Shown here: in pieces, positions 10,840 through 19,423 of the stretch
How the letters are laid out: each line of letters opens with the position of its first letter
Numbering within the stretch: the first letter of the stretch is position 1
Assembly (NCBI GenBank): GCA_947478395.1
Contig: CANJVR010000004.1
Location: 32,001-96,000, forward strand
Length of the DNA stretch: 64,000 bases
Reading direction: 5' to 3'
Origin: Opitutia bacterium
GTDB lineage: Bacteria; Verrucomicrobiota; Verrucomicrobiia; Opitutales; Opitutaceae
The notes under the pieces: generated by a model
Seen by the model: only the letters and a program-made list of their open reading frames with translations
Told to the model about the DNA's origin: nothing
Databases searched by the model: none
Translations under genes and position numbers: made by a program

Positions 10840-12675
10840 TCACGGCAGCTCGTACACCTCGACGATCGCGTCGCCGGTACCGCCGTCGGCGCCGGAGACT
10901 TGGACCGTGTAGCCGCCGGGGGGCAGACTCACCATCAGGGCTGCATCTTTCGCCCCGGGCACGAACGGGAATGCCCCGACGCTGCTGGAAACCGCCGGCA
11001 ACGTGGGAGAATAGTTATCGTTCTCGGATATTTTCACCTGACTCGAATTGAAGAGTTCGAGTTTGGGATCGACGAGGGTGCCCGCGACGCCGAGAGCGCC
11101 GAGGCTGGGCCCGGCGGCGCGGATGAGCACGTTTTTATTGCCCGAGCCGGCCACCGTGAAGCCGGCGATCAGTACGTCGCCACCGGTGCCGACGAAATTG
11201 CGCGCGGAAAGATTGGTCAGCCGCGGTGAAAGGCCCGAGGCGGCATCGTACGCTTCGACAATCAGATTGCCGGCGGCAGGGCCCGAGACTTGCACGGTGC
11301 GGCCACCATCGATGGAGCGCACCAGCGCGGCGTCGAGGCTCGTCGTCGCGACCAGAGGGAAGGCGCCGACGGCCGAGATGGTGGACGCGACCGTCGCGTC
11401 GCCCCCCCAGTCGTCGTTGGTGGCTTCAGGCGCGGAGCCGTTGAAGATCGTGAGCCGTGGGTTGGCCATGGTCCCCGGGATGCCGAGGGCGCCAAGACTG
11501 GGACCGGCGGCCCGGATGAGCGCGGGCTTTGCGCCGCCTTGCATGGTTAGGCCGACGATCAGGATTTGGTTCGCGGCGAGGGTGGTCCGGACTGAGACAT
11601 TGGAAAGCCGGCTGGTCAGGCCGCTGCTGACGAGCAATGTCGCGGTCGCACTAGTGGTTGATCCGCCAGAGTTGGTCGCCACCACATCGTAGTCGGCGGC
11701 ATCCGCGTTGGTAAGGGCATTGAGTGTGAGCGAACTGCCGGTGGCGCCGGTAATGGTGGCGGAGTTCTTGCGCCATTGATAGGTGCTCGCGCTTTGGGCA
11801 ACTACCGTGAAGGTCGTCGAACCGCCGAGGGCTGCGATGGCGCTGGACGGCGGCGTGCTGATGATCGGCGGGTTGCCGCCGGTGACCGTTAGGGTCGCCG
11901 CGTTGCTCGTGGCGGTGCTGATGGAATTCGTCGCGACGCAAGTGTAACTACCGGCATCGGCGGCTGTAAGATTTTGCAGGATTAAACTCGAGCTCGTACT
12001 CGTCTGAGTTGAAAGGGCCGCGCCGTTCTTAAACCACTTATAAGTCGGCGTAGGCGAACCGGCGGCGGCGGCAGAAAAAATTATCACCCCGCCGACAGGA
12101 CCGCTCTGACTCGACGGCTGCGTGGTGAAAACCGGCGCGGTGTTGGCGGCGGCGGCAACGTTGATCGTGTAGCTAAAAAGGGCGCTGGTCAGCGTGCCGT
12201 TGGCGCCTTCCCAACCGCGGATCGATAGGGTGAACGAACCCGCCGCCGTCGGGGTACCGCTCAACTGAATTGTTGAGCCGTTGATATTGCCGCTGGTGAT
12301 ACCTCCGGCGCTCGACCCGAGTGGCGCGAAGGTCAGGCCTGGTGGCACGTTGCCTCCAACGGTGAACGAGGCGGGCGGCGTTTCGGCGCCCCTAACGGTG
12401 AAAGCGATCAGCGTCGCCACGCCCACGGTGGTACTGGCTGGATTCGGCGTCGTCGGGCTGAGCGCGGTCGCGCCGGCTAGCGCGTGCACCGCCCCGAGCG
12501 AAGCGGTAGTCGCGCACGCGGCCTTCAGGATCGACGCGGCGGGCGCACGCAATGAAAATTTTTCCGCCGTCGCCACGACGCGGAGGATCGGGGTGCGTTG
12601 GAGCAAAGCGATCAGCGTCGCGGTGGAAAAATTGAGCCAGTTGAAACGGCGGAGCAAGGAGGCGGCGAATTTCAT
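10840..12675 (-). CDS. Secreted immunoglobulin-domain protein with two C-terminal RLxNLSxR modules
   Basis: Long N-terminal leader, putative-Ig repeat (PPGLT..LSGTPT..GSF), two Ig domains (YKWFKNG..YTCVATN; YQWRKN..YDVVATN), tandem C-terminal module. Confidence 0.8.
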   Translation of the reverse strand: MKFAASLLRRFNWLNFSTATLIALLQRTPILRVVATAEKFSLRAPAASILKAACATTASLGAVHALAGATALSPTTPNPASTTVGVATLIAFTVRGAETPPASFTVGGNVPPGLTFAPLGSSAGGITSGNINGSTIQLSGTPTAAGSFTLSIRGWEGANGTLTSALFSYTINVAAAANTAPVFTTQPSSQSGPVGGVIIFSAAAAGSPTPTYKWFKNGAALSTQTSTSSSLILQNLTAADAGSYTCVATNSISTATSNAATLTVTGGNPPIISTPPSSAIAALGGSTTFTVVAQSASTYQWRKNSATITGATGSSLTLNALTNADAADYDVVATNSGGSTTSATATLLVSSGLTSRLSNVSVRTTLAANQILIVGLTMQGGAKPALIRAAGPSLGALGIPGTMANPRLTIFNGSAPEATNDDWGGDATVASTISAVGAFPLVATTSLDAALVRSIDGGRTVQVSGPAAGNLIVEAYDAASGLSPRLTNLSARNFVGTGGDVLIAGFTVAGSGNKNVLIRAAGPSLGALGVAGTLVDPKLELFNSSQVKISENDNYSPTLPAVSSSVGAFPFVPGAKDAALMVSLPPGGYTVQVSGADGGTGDAIVEVYELP

Positions 12676-12798
12676 CGACGGTCGGCGGGTGAGGTGAAAA
12701 CACGCTAAATGCCCTCGATTGGGGCGCAAGGCAGGAGGGACAAATGGCGCGTTAAATTTCGCCTAAATTCGTGCTCGGAGATACTCGCGAAGCGACTC

Positions 12799-12821
12799 GC
12801 GGGATGAGGGCGCCCGCCCCA
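12799..12821. repeat. REP-like element (family A, degenerate)
   Basis: GCGGGATGAGGGCGCCCGCCCCA; intergenic. Confidence 0.4.
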
Positions 12822-12982
12822 TTTCGATCCTAATGATTCGCAGTCATCCTTGATCCAATCCCCGGAACTCCGATCCCGAAACTCAAACGCCGAAAACTCA
12901 GTCTCATCCGAGGCTTACGGTACTGCGGAAACTTCCACGAGGGCGGATCCGTCCCGGCCGGCGACGCCGCTCGCCGGCAGAA

Positions 12983-13219
12983 TCAGTTGCAACCGCAGCC
13001 GCTGCCCCCGACGCCGCGTCCGCCAGTCGCCGATTCACGGGAGAAAAAAACATGTTCGGCGAGAGCGACGTGGAGCGGGTCGCGATCGGAGCGCATCGTG
13101 TAGTCGGCCAATGTGGCGCGCTCCCACGGCTGCACGCGTACGAGTTGAGCTGAGGTGCAGCCTGAAAGGAAGGCCGCGGCGCCGAAGAAGAGGACGAGCA
13201 CGAAACGAGAGGATTTCAT
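12983..13219 (-). CDS. DUF4266 family lipoprotein
   Basis: Lipobox LSGC, VQPWER, C-terminal GGxGxGGSGCGCN. Confidence 0.88.
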   Translation of the reverse strand: MKSSRFVLVLFFGAAAFLSGCTSAQLVRVQPWERATLADYTMRSDRDPLHVALAEHVFFSRESATGGRGVGGSGCGCN

Positions 13220-13373
13220 AAAGAGAATTAATCTTGGGATTTTAAAATGAATCAGAAACGAGGGCGGGGTGCGCTCAGCCCGCTGCGACGCGGGGCCTGG
13301 GCGACGCCAAAGGCGGATTGGGACACTCGCCCCGTACGTGTGGGGTAATGACAAGCTCTGGTCGCATCAGATT

Positions 13374-13880
13374 TCACGATTTCTCAGCGAGCAATGTGTC
13401 GAGCTCGGCCCGGAGTTGTTTGTCGGTAGCGTCGCCGTGATAGCCGTCATGCCTGAAACGGACTTTGCCGTCGCGACCGACAACGTAGGTCGTCGGCATC
13501 GTGGGAACTTGGACGACGCGGACCAGTTTTTGCTGAGCATCATGGAGCGTGAGAAATGGCGGTGCCTGTTTTTTCACGAACGCGGCGTAGGCGGAGACGC
13601 TTTCGTCGACACTGATGCCGACGAGTGTAACACCGCGCGCGGCGTACTCCGCTGAGATTTTGCCGAGGGCAGGAAACGAGGCTTTGCACGGCGCGCACCA
13701 GGAAGCCCAGAAATCGACGACCAGGATTTTCCCCTTGGTGTCCGGGGCGACGCCGCCCGTGAGGCTGGCATCAGCGAGTGCCGGGAACACCTGGCCGACT
13801 TTGATCTCCGCGCGGAGCGATGCGGTGAAAGCTAAAGCCAGGAGCAGCGCGTGAATCGGAACGAAAAGAAGGGTGCGCAT
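13374..13880 (-). CDS. TlpA-family periplasmic thioredoxin-like disulfide reductase
   Basis: Signal peptide; VDFWASWCAPCK; MPTTY cis-Pro loop. Confidence 0.92.
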   Translation of the reverse strand: MRTLLFVPIHALLLALAFTASLRAEIKVGQVFPALADASLTGGVAPDTKGKILVVDFWASWCAPCKASFPALGKISAEYAARGVTLVGISVDESVSAYAAFVKKQAPPFLTLHDAQQKLVRVVQVPTMPTTYVVGRDGKVRFRHDGYHGDATDKQLRAELDTLLAEKS

Positions 13881-13973
13881 AAGTAGAGGGAAGCTGGAAA
13901 ATAAATGTTTTAGGAGGGGGTAACGGAGGCAACAGAGCGCGGAAAGAATCCGGTAAATTTTCAGGAAGCTTCG

Positions 13974-14963
13974 TTAGGTCGCGACGTAGTTCCAAAATCC
14001 GCGGGTTTGTGCCCTGGTTTTTTCGGTGAGGAGCAGGCCCTCGGCTCCCGGTTGGGCTTGGATGAGTTCGAGTCCGGCGGGGACGCCCAGCACGAAGGCC
14101 GCGGTGGAAAGCACCCCGGCCTGGAGGCAGGTCGGCGCGACGATTGTCGCTTGAAGGCAACCGTTGGCGACGGGCCGGCCCGAGCGCGGGTCCACGATGT
14201 GACCGTAGCGCACGCCTTCGATCACGACGCGGCGAAGATAGTCGCCGGAGGAAGCGACGCCTTGCCCGCGGGTGAGGGCGAGACTGCCTTTATTCGTGCC
14301 GGGCTGCGCTGGATCTTCCAATCCGACGTGCCACGCGGGGCGACCGGGGGGCACGCCGACGGCGCGAAGATCATGGCCAAAATCGACGAGCGCGGACGTG
14401 ATGCCGTGGTCGCGCGCGATCTGCGCGACGATGTCCACGGCCCACTCTTTGCCAAAACCGCCGAAGTCGAGTGCCATGCCGCGCTCGGGCAGAAACACGC
14501 GGCCGGGCGTGCGTTGAACTTTTTTCCAACCGACGAGGCGGCGCGCGGCGTCGACCTCGGCATCCGTCGGCAAGCGGGGATGCTCGGCCTTATAATTCCA
14601 AAGCTGGAGCAGAGGCAGCGCGGTGGGATCGAGTACGCCCTGCGTCATGAAGTGCAGGCGGTCGCAGAGTGCGAGCAGTTGCTCCATCTCGGCGTCGATG
14701 TTGACCGGAGCTTCGCCGGCGGCGGCGTTGATTTTGGAAAGGAGGCTGTCGGGCCGAAAGCGCGAATATTTCGCTTCGAAGGCGGCGACCCACGCCACCG
14801 CCGCGCGCTCGAAGGCCGCGGCCTGCGCGTCGCCGGTGGCGGCGTATTGCACCTCGCAGCGCGTGCCCAATGCGGTCCACGTCAGCCGGCGCAAAGGCAC
14901 ATGCTCCACGCCGGTAGCGGCGGGAGGAGGTGGCGTGCGGTGACTGGGGACAGTGATGGCCAT
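13974..14963 (-). CDS. apbE: FAD:protein FMN transferase (ApbE)
   Basis: ALGT, SRFRPDSLLSKIN, LDPT, LDFGGFGKEWAVD, ASSGDY, YGHIVDPRSG. Confidence 0.92.
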   Translation of the reverse strand: MAITVPSHRTPPPPAATGVEHVPLRRLTWTALGTRCEVQYAATGDAQAAAFERAAVAWVAAFEAKYSRFRPDSLLSKINAAAGEAPVNIDAEMEQLLALCDRLHFMTQGVLDPTALPLLQLWNYKAEHPRLPTDAEVDAARRLVGWKKVQRTPGRVFLPERGMALDFGGFGKEWAVDIVAQIARDHGITSALVDFGHDLRAVGVPPGRPAWHVGLEDPAQPGTNKGSLALTRGQGVASSGDYLRRVVIEGVRYGHIVDPRSGRPVANGCLQATIVAPTCLQAGVLSTAAFVLGVPAGLELIQAQPGAEGLLLTEKTRAQTRGFWNYVAT

Positions 14964-15024
14964 CGATCGATCGAGATCGGATTTTTGGCGGCGTCTTTCG
15001 GATGAGCGAACGATCGGGCCGTTG

Positions 15025-16203
15025 CTACCAGGAGAAACGCGCGCCGAGGGTGAGAATGGTGGCGCGAGCGTAGGCGCTTCCTGGCGTGACGCCGTCGCGA
15101 CCGCGCATCGCGTACTGCTCAATTGCGGTGTCGAACTGGACGGCGGGCGTTGGGTTCCAGATGAGTTTCAGGCCGACATTGGTGCTGCTAAATTCAGACA
15201 GCCGAAAATCGGAGGAGTAGAAAGGACCGGTCGAGGCGGGCCGGCGATCGGGCGTGATCGTCGTGGCATCGAGGTTATAGTAATAAAAATCGGCGGCGCT
15301 CTGCTGGTAGAAACGAATCCCGGGACGCAGGATGATTTTCTCGCCGAGGCGCTGAAACCACGCGGTCTCCAACGTGTGGGCGGTGGTGCCGAACGTGTCG
15401 CGGTAGTAACGATAGCTAGCGTCGATCGTGCCGTGGACTTCGGGAAAAGCGTGCGTGAGCGCGGCCAGGGCGATCCCTTTGTTGCGCGCGGAGGGACGTT
15501 TTTCGCCGAATGTCTGGCGCAGGAAAAGACCGGGGAGGATCTGGACGTTTTTCTGCACCAGCTTGTAAGGATCGCTGATGAAACCGGTCGTGCGGCCCCA
15601 CGTGACATTAAACGTGAACGACGTGCGTGGATCGAGGATTTGGGTGACGCCGACGATCACGTCGTTGGAGCGTTTTTTGACGCGCGGAGTTTGGAAGAAA
15701 ACCTTTACGTCGTCATCGGTGCCGGCGACGCCGGTGAGCAGCGTGGTGTTCTTTTGGTTGAAGTCGGTGAGCGCGTTGAATGACCAGCCGTTCGAGACGT
15801 AGTCGCTTTCCCGGGAGTTGCCGAAACCGACGGCGAGGTTGACGCGGGAAAACTGGCGGGAAAGGTCGGCGTTCCACGCCTTACGGCGGTCGTGGAGCGC
15901 GGTGACGACAACTTGATCGCTGCCCGCGGGGGCGGGCTCGCCAGTGGGCGTGGCGCCGGTGATGGCGTCGAGCGTGCCGGTGATTCGAGCGTGGAAGTCT
16001 GAGCCGATGTCCTGCTCAACTAACGCGGTTTGGGTCTCGACGGCGATGCGGCCGCCGGATTCGCGATAGTCGGAATATTTGTAGGCGACCGTGTTTTCCG
16101 CCCGGCCGACCTTGGGCGCGGCGAGCGACAAAAGCGCCGAGACCACGAGCGTGCGGGTCACGGGACGTCGAAACGAATTTTGCGGGCCGGCCAAGATCGT
16201 CAT
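15025..16203 (-). CDS. DUF3570 family outer-membrane beta-barrel-like protein
   Basis: YRESGGRIAV, DAITGAT, SRESDYVS, YRYYRDTFG..AHT, YSSDFRLS, terminal aromatic FSW; context with apbE, TlpA and DUF4266. Confidence 0.85.
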   Translation of the reverse strand: MTILAGPQNSFRRPVTRTLVVSALLSLAAPKVGRAENTVAYKYSDYRESGGRIAVETQTALVEQDIGSDFHARITGTLDAITGATPTGEPAPAGSDQVVVTALHDRRKAWNADLSRQFSRVNLAVGFGNSRESDYVSNGWSFNALTDFNQKNTTLLTGVAGTDDDVKVFFQTPRVKKRSNDVIVGVTQILDPRTSFTFNVTWGRTTGFISDPYKLVQKNVQILPGLFLRQTFGEKRPSARNKGIALAALTHAFPEVHGTIDASYRYYRDTFGTTAHTLETAWFQRLGEKIILRPGIRFYQQSAADFYYYNLDATTITPDRRPASTGPFYSSDFRLSEFSSTNVGLKLIWNPTPAVQFDTAIEQYAMRGRDGVTPGSAYARATILTLGARFSW

Positions 16204-16340
16204 AGCTGACGAAACTCCTAAAACCGCCGGGCTGAAACCACAAAAAATAGTTAACAGCATGGTTAGAGAGCCGACGGTAGCGCGAAGGCCGACTAACTGA
16301 AATCTAGGTTAATTTAGCCAAAAGCATAGTCGGTAACGAC

Positions 16341-16412
16341 GTAGCGGCGGGCGTCCCTGCCTGCCGCTAAGGGAACGCCGAACCCGGCCGGCAGAGCCGC
16401 CGGCCGCTCCAC
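16341..16412. repeat. REP doublet-like element (family B)
   Basis: Begins GTAGCGGC; shares CCGAACCCGGCCGGCAG with 39107-39176; imperfect inverted arms. Confidence 0.6.
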
Positions 16413-16430
16413 AAAATGGTCACGAAAAAA

Positions 16431-16446
16431 CTTAAACCGGTTTAAG
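16431..16446. promoter_or_regulatory. Perfect 16-bp palindrome CTTAAACCGGTTTAAG, candidate operator
   Basis: Exact dyad symmetry in an AT-richer intergenic region upstream of the DUF3570 operon. Confidence 0.4.
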
Positions 16447-16462
16447 GTTCTACCGCCTAAAC

Positions 16463-16987
16463 CTATTTCACGATCTCGACGGACGAAACGCGCATGACAA
16501 CCGTCTGAGTCGTCGTGCTGCCACGATCAGGCTGAAGCTGGAATTGCTGAATCCCAATGTAAGGCGACTGCTCTTGGATGGATTGGTAGAATTTCAGCAA
16601 GGGCAGCCACTCCGCCTTATTCAAACGCACTTCGTACGAATGTTCTCCCGGTTCGTCGCGCGCGTCGGTGATAGGGGGGTCTTTGAGCCCGGCGTCGCGG
16701 GCCAGCCGCTGCATCTCCGCCAGCAATCCGGTGCTGTTGAAAGTGCGTTCGGGAACCAGGTTTTCGGCGGCCTTGCGCTCGGCGGACTCGATGGCGGTCC
16801 GGTTTGTGAGCCACAGTTTCTGCTCGATCAGGGATTGGTTGGTGGCGTGCTGTTGTTGCCAGAATGCCCCGGCGCGGCGACCGAAGGACGAGAACCACAT
16901 CAACGCCGCGAGCACAGCGAAGCTGACGAGAAGTAATTTCTCGCGCAATAATCGGGAAAGAAAAAAGGCGCGTAGCGTGGTGATCAT
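16463..16987 (-). CDS. T2SS GspM-like inner-membrane protein (locus 1)
   Basis: RE..LL followed by a single TM, coiled coil and ferredoxin-like C-terminus; last gene of the gspG-M run. Confidence 0.65.
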   Translation of the reverse strand: MITTLRAFFLSRLLREKLLLVSFAVLAALMWFSSFGRRAGAFWQQQHATNQSLIEQKLWLTNRTAIESAERKAAENLVPERTFNSTGLLAEMQRLARDAGLKDPPITDARDEPGEHSYEVRLNKAEWLPLLKFYQSIQEQSPYIGIQQFQLQPDRGSTTTQTVVMRVSSVEIVK

Positions 16988-18141
16988 GACTTGGGTGCTG
17001 GTTGTACCGCCCCCGGCTGGAAGGTAACGCTAAGGGTGAACGTCGTAGTGGTGGACCCAGGCTGCGCTGCTTGTTGACGACTAATTTCAGCATTGGCGAC
17101 TTGGGGCAGGGCCTTGATCGCGGTCACGAACGGATTGATTTCGCCGGCGTTTTCAGTTTTCGCCTCAACCGTGAGGCGGTCGCGATCCTTGGCGTCGGCC
17201 ACCGCCCGAGTGAACATGATACCGGACTTGAATTGCCGGGGCTCGATCAGGGATATCATTTCGAGGGGGAGTAATTTCTTCGTCGAAAGATCCTCGATCC
17301 GCGTCGTACGCGCTTTCGCCGCGATGATTTTATCGACCGTGGGCTTCTGGGCGTTGAACAGCGCCATCCGCGATTTTTGCCAGAAGCTCCGGCCGCCGAT
17401 TAGCGCGACTTCGCCGATGGCGAGCAGGACCAGCGCCGCGACGCAACCCAGCGCGACGCGCCAGAAAAGCACGTCGCGGGCGCGGGCCCGCCGGAGGGTG
17501 GTCAGCGCGGTTTTGTCACGGACATCGAGCGCGGCGGCGGTGCCAGTCGGAAGACGAGAAACGAAGTTGCCGGCGCGGAAAACGATGGTGCCGTCGTTGG
17601 TCGCGGGCTCGGCCGCGGGCTCAGCGATAAGATCGATCACGCGCGTACTGCCGCCCGTGAGCCGGATTAGATTTTCGCGGGCCCGCGCCCGATCGCCGTC
17701 GTCTGCTTCGGGCAGGAGTGGCTCGGTGCAGATCTGGGCCGAGCCGTCGGCCGCGGTATGCAGGGCCGTTAAACTTTCCGGGCGGGCGAGAATAAACGTG
17801 GAACCGGGCGCGCGTTCTCCGCCCAGCAGCGCGGCGAAAGATGGGAGCACCAGTTCCGCGTCGGCCCAAGCAGCGGTTTGCTCTGACGTGAAACGCCGGC
17901 GGTAGGAGGCGAACACGAGGGCGTGGGCCGATCCGGGCGCGTGATAAAATCCGTAATAAAGCTGCGCGAGCGGGAACGGCGCGATGGATTCGAGGGCGAG
18001 TTCGACCTGGGCCGCGACCTCAGCCGCAGCGGTGCCGGCGATGAGGGGAATGTTGCGCGAGAAAAAGAGCGCATCCGGCAGGAGGATGACTTTCGGCGAG
18101 GGCGGGCCGGCGCGGAGGAAATTCAGAGGAGAGGCGCTCAT
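16984..18141 (-). CDS. T2SS GspL/PilN-like protein (locus 1)
   Basis: Cytoplasmic N-domain (LALESIAPFPL), single TM, PilN-like periplasmic domain; overlaps the start of the next gene. Confidence 0.65.
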   Translation of the reverse strand: MSASPLNFLRAGPPSPKVILLPDALFFSRNIPLIAGTAAAEVAAQVELALESIAPFPLAQLYYGFYHAPGSAHALVFASYRRRFTSEQTAAWADAELVLPSFAALLGGERAPGSTFILARPESLTALHTAADGSAQICTEPLLPEADDGDRARARENLIRLTGGSTRVIDLIAEPAAEPATNDGTIVFRAGNFVSRLPTGTAAALDVRDKTALTTLRRARARDVLFWRVALGCVAALVLLAIGEVALIGGRSFWQKSRMALFNAQKPTVDKIIAAKARTTRIEDLSTKKLLPLEMISLIEPRQFKSGIMFTRAVADAKDRDRLTVEAKTENAGEINPFVTAIKALPQVANAEISRQQAAQPGSTTTTFTLSVTFQPGAVQPAPKS

Positions 18142-18270
18142 GCGCGGGAGAGAAGAGGAAAAGGAAACGAACCGGGATCGAATCGGGAAATTAACGAGGC
18201 GGAAATGGAAATCGTGAATGAGGGGTCCGGAAAAGCGTGCGGAAATCGGAGGCGGCGCGGGTCTCGCCTG

Positions 18271-19416
18271 CTATTTTGGGCGTGCGCGAGCGAGGGGTTC
18301 GTTTTCGGAAATTTCGAGGATGGTGAACGGATAGTTGAGTTTTTTCGCGGCCGGGCCGGAGGCGGCCGACGAGGTCGCGTTCGCCTGCACCGTCGCCGCG
18401 CCGCCGCCTTGGGGCGATACGACCACGTTGAGCCGAAATTCCGAGCGACCCTCGTGCACGGTGAGGCGGATGCGCAGGGCGCTGATGGTCGCGCCGAACG
18501 CTTCGGCGTGCCCGGCGGTCCCTAGATATTTCTGGGCCTCGGCGGCGGAGGTAAACCACGCGGGACCGTTGCGCGCGTAAAGGCCGGTGCCAGCGGTGTA
18601 GTCGTTGAGCAGCTTTTGCTGCGCGTCGTCGAATTCCCCGATCGCGGTCAGCGCGTCGGGCTGGGCGCCGTTGATGTTGGTTTGGCGAAAATTAAAAAGG
18701 GAAAACGCCTCGATAAACTTCCGGTGCAGTTCGTTCGGCCGGCCGTTTTCATCGAAGAACGCGGTACGGGCAACATCGATGGCGGCCAGTTCGCTGAAGG
18801 AGCGCAGCGAGCGTTGCGGTGAAACGTACGGCAACGCCGAATGCTCGTAGTCCGGCGGTGAGACGCTCGCATAAATGTGATCCTTTTTGATCCAGCCGAG
18901 CAGGGCGTCGGTCAGTTTTTCAGCGTCGTTGGGGCTCATGGCCCAGGCGACGAAAAGATGCTGGAGCTGGCTGGCGTTGACCTGCGGCAGGGAGATTTTT
19001 CCGCTCTCGTCTTCAAGGACGAGCTCGACGGTGCGGCCTTCAGATGGCGTGTAGGCGGCGAAACCCAGCGGGTCGCTCCATCCTTCAGCGGGGCTGTGCA
19101 GGCCCTGGCTCGCGATGCGAAATTGCTCCAGGACGGCGAGCGTGGTGTGCAGCGCGGAGTAGGCTTCCTGCCGCAGCCGGGTCGCATTTGCTTCGCGCGC
19201 TTCGACGATCAAGTCGTTGCCGGCTTTTTCGATGAACGCAGTCAGGGCGAGTGCGGTGAAGATCAACGTGACCATGATGATCACGAGGATCGAGCCACGC
19301 GCAGCGGGGCTCGGTTCCGAGTTCCGGGTTCGGAGTTCCCAGTTTGCGAACATAGCCACGCGACCGGTCCGGGACCGGATAACTCGAAACTCAGAACTCG
19401 GAACCCGGAGCTTCAT
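18271..19416 (-). CDS. gspK: T2SS minor pseudopilin GspK (locus 1)
   Basis: RG|SILVII prepilin-like site without E5, EDESGKISL, ALLGWI, NINGA. Confidence 0.85.
   Translation of the reverse strand: MKLRVPSSEFRVIRSRTGRVAMFANWELRTRNSEPSPAARGSILVIIMVTLIFTALALTAFIEKAGNDLIVEAREANATRLRQEAYSALHTTLAVLEQFRIASQGLHSPAEGWSDPLGFAAYTPSEGRTVELVLEDESGKISLPQVNASQLQHLFVAWAMSPNDAEKLTDALLGWIKKDHIYASVSPPDYEHSALPYVSPQRSLRSFSELAAIDVARTAFFDENGRPNELHRKFIEAFSLFNFRQTNINGAQPDALTAIGEFDDAQQKLLNDYTAGTGLYARNGPAWFTSAAEAQKYLGTAGHAEAFGATISALRIRLTVHEGRSEFRLNVVVSPQGGGAATVQANATSSAASGPAAKKLNYPFTILEISENEPLARARPK
19314..19411. repeat. Inverted pair of heptamer arrays (GTTCCGA / AACTCGG type) inside the gspK leader
   Basis: gttccga-gttccgg-gttcgga-gttccca then aactcga-aactcag-aactcgg-aacccgg, with a central CCGGTCCgGGACCGG. 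Confidence 0.7.
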
Positions 19417-19423
19417 AGATCGT

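Noticed and set aside
11740..11754. ITGAT in the Ig protein (and IAGAT in the cyclophilin protein) as ApbE flavinylation sites
   Set aside because: They fall in the ordinary 'WxKNG..IxGAT..L' strand of Ig repeats and lack the upstream Asp, so they are probably structural.
19314..19411. CRISPR-like array
   Set aside because: Units are contiguous 7-mers with no unique spacers, and there are no cas genes.
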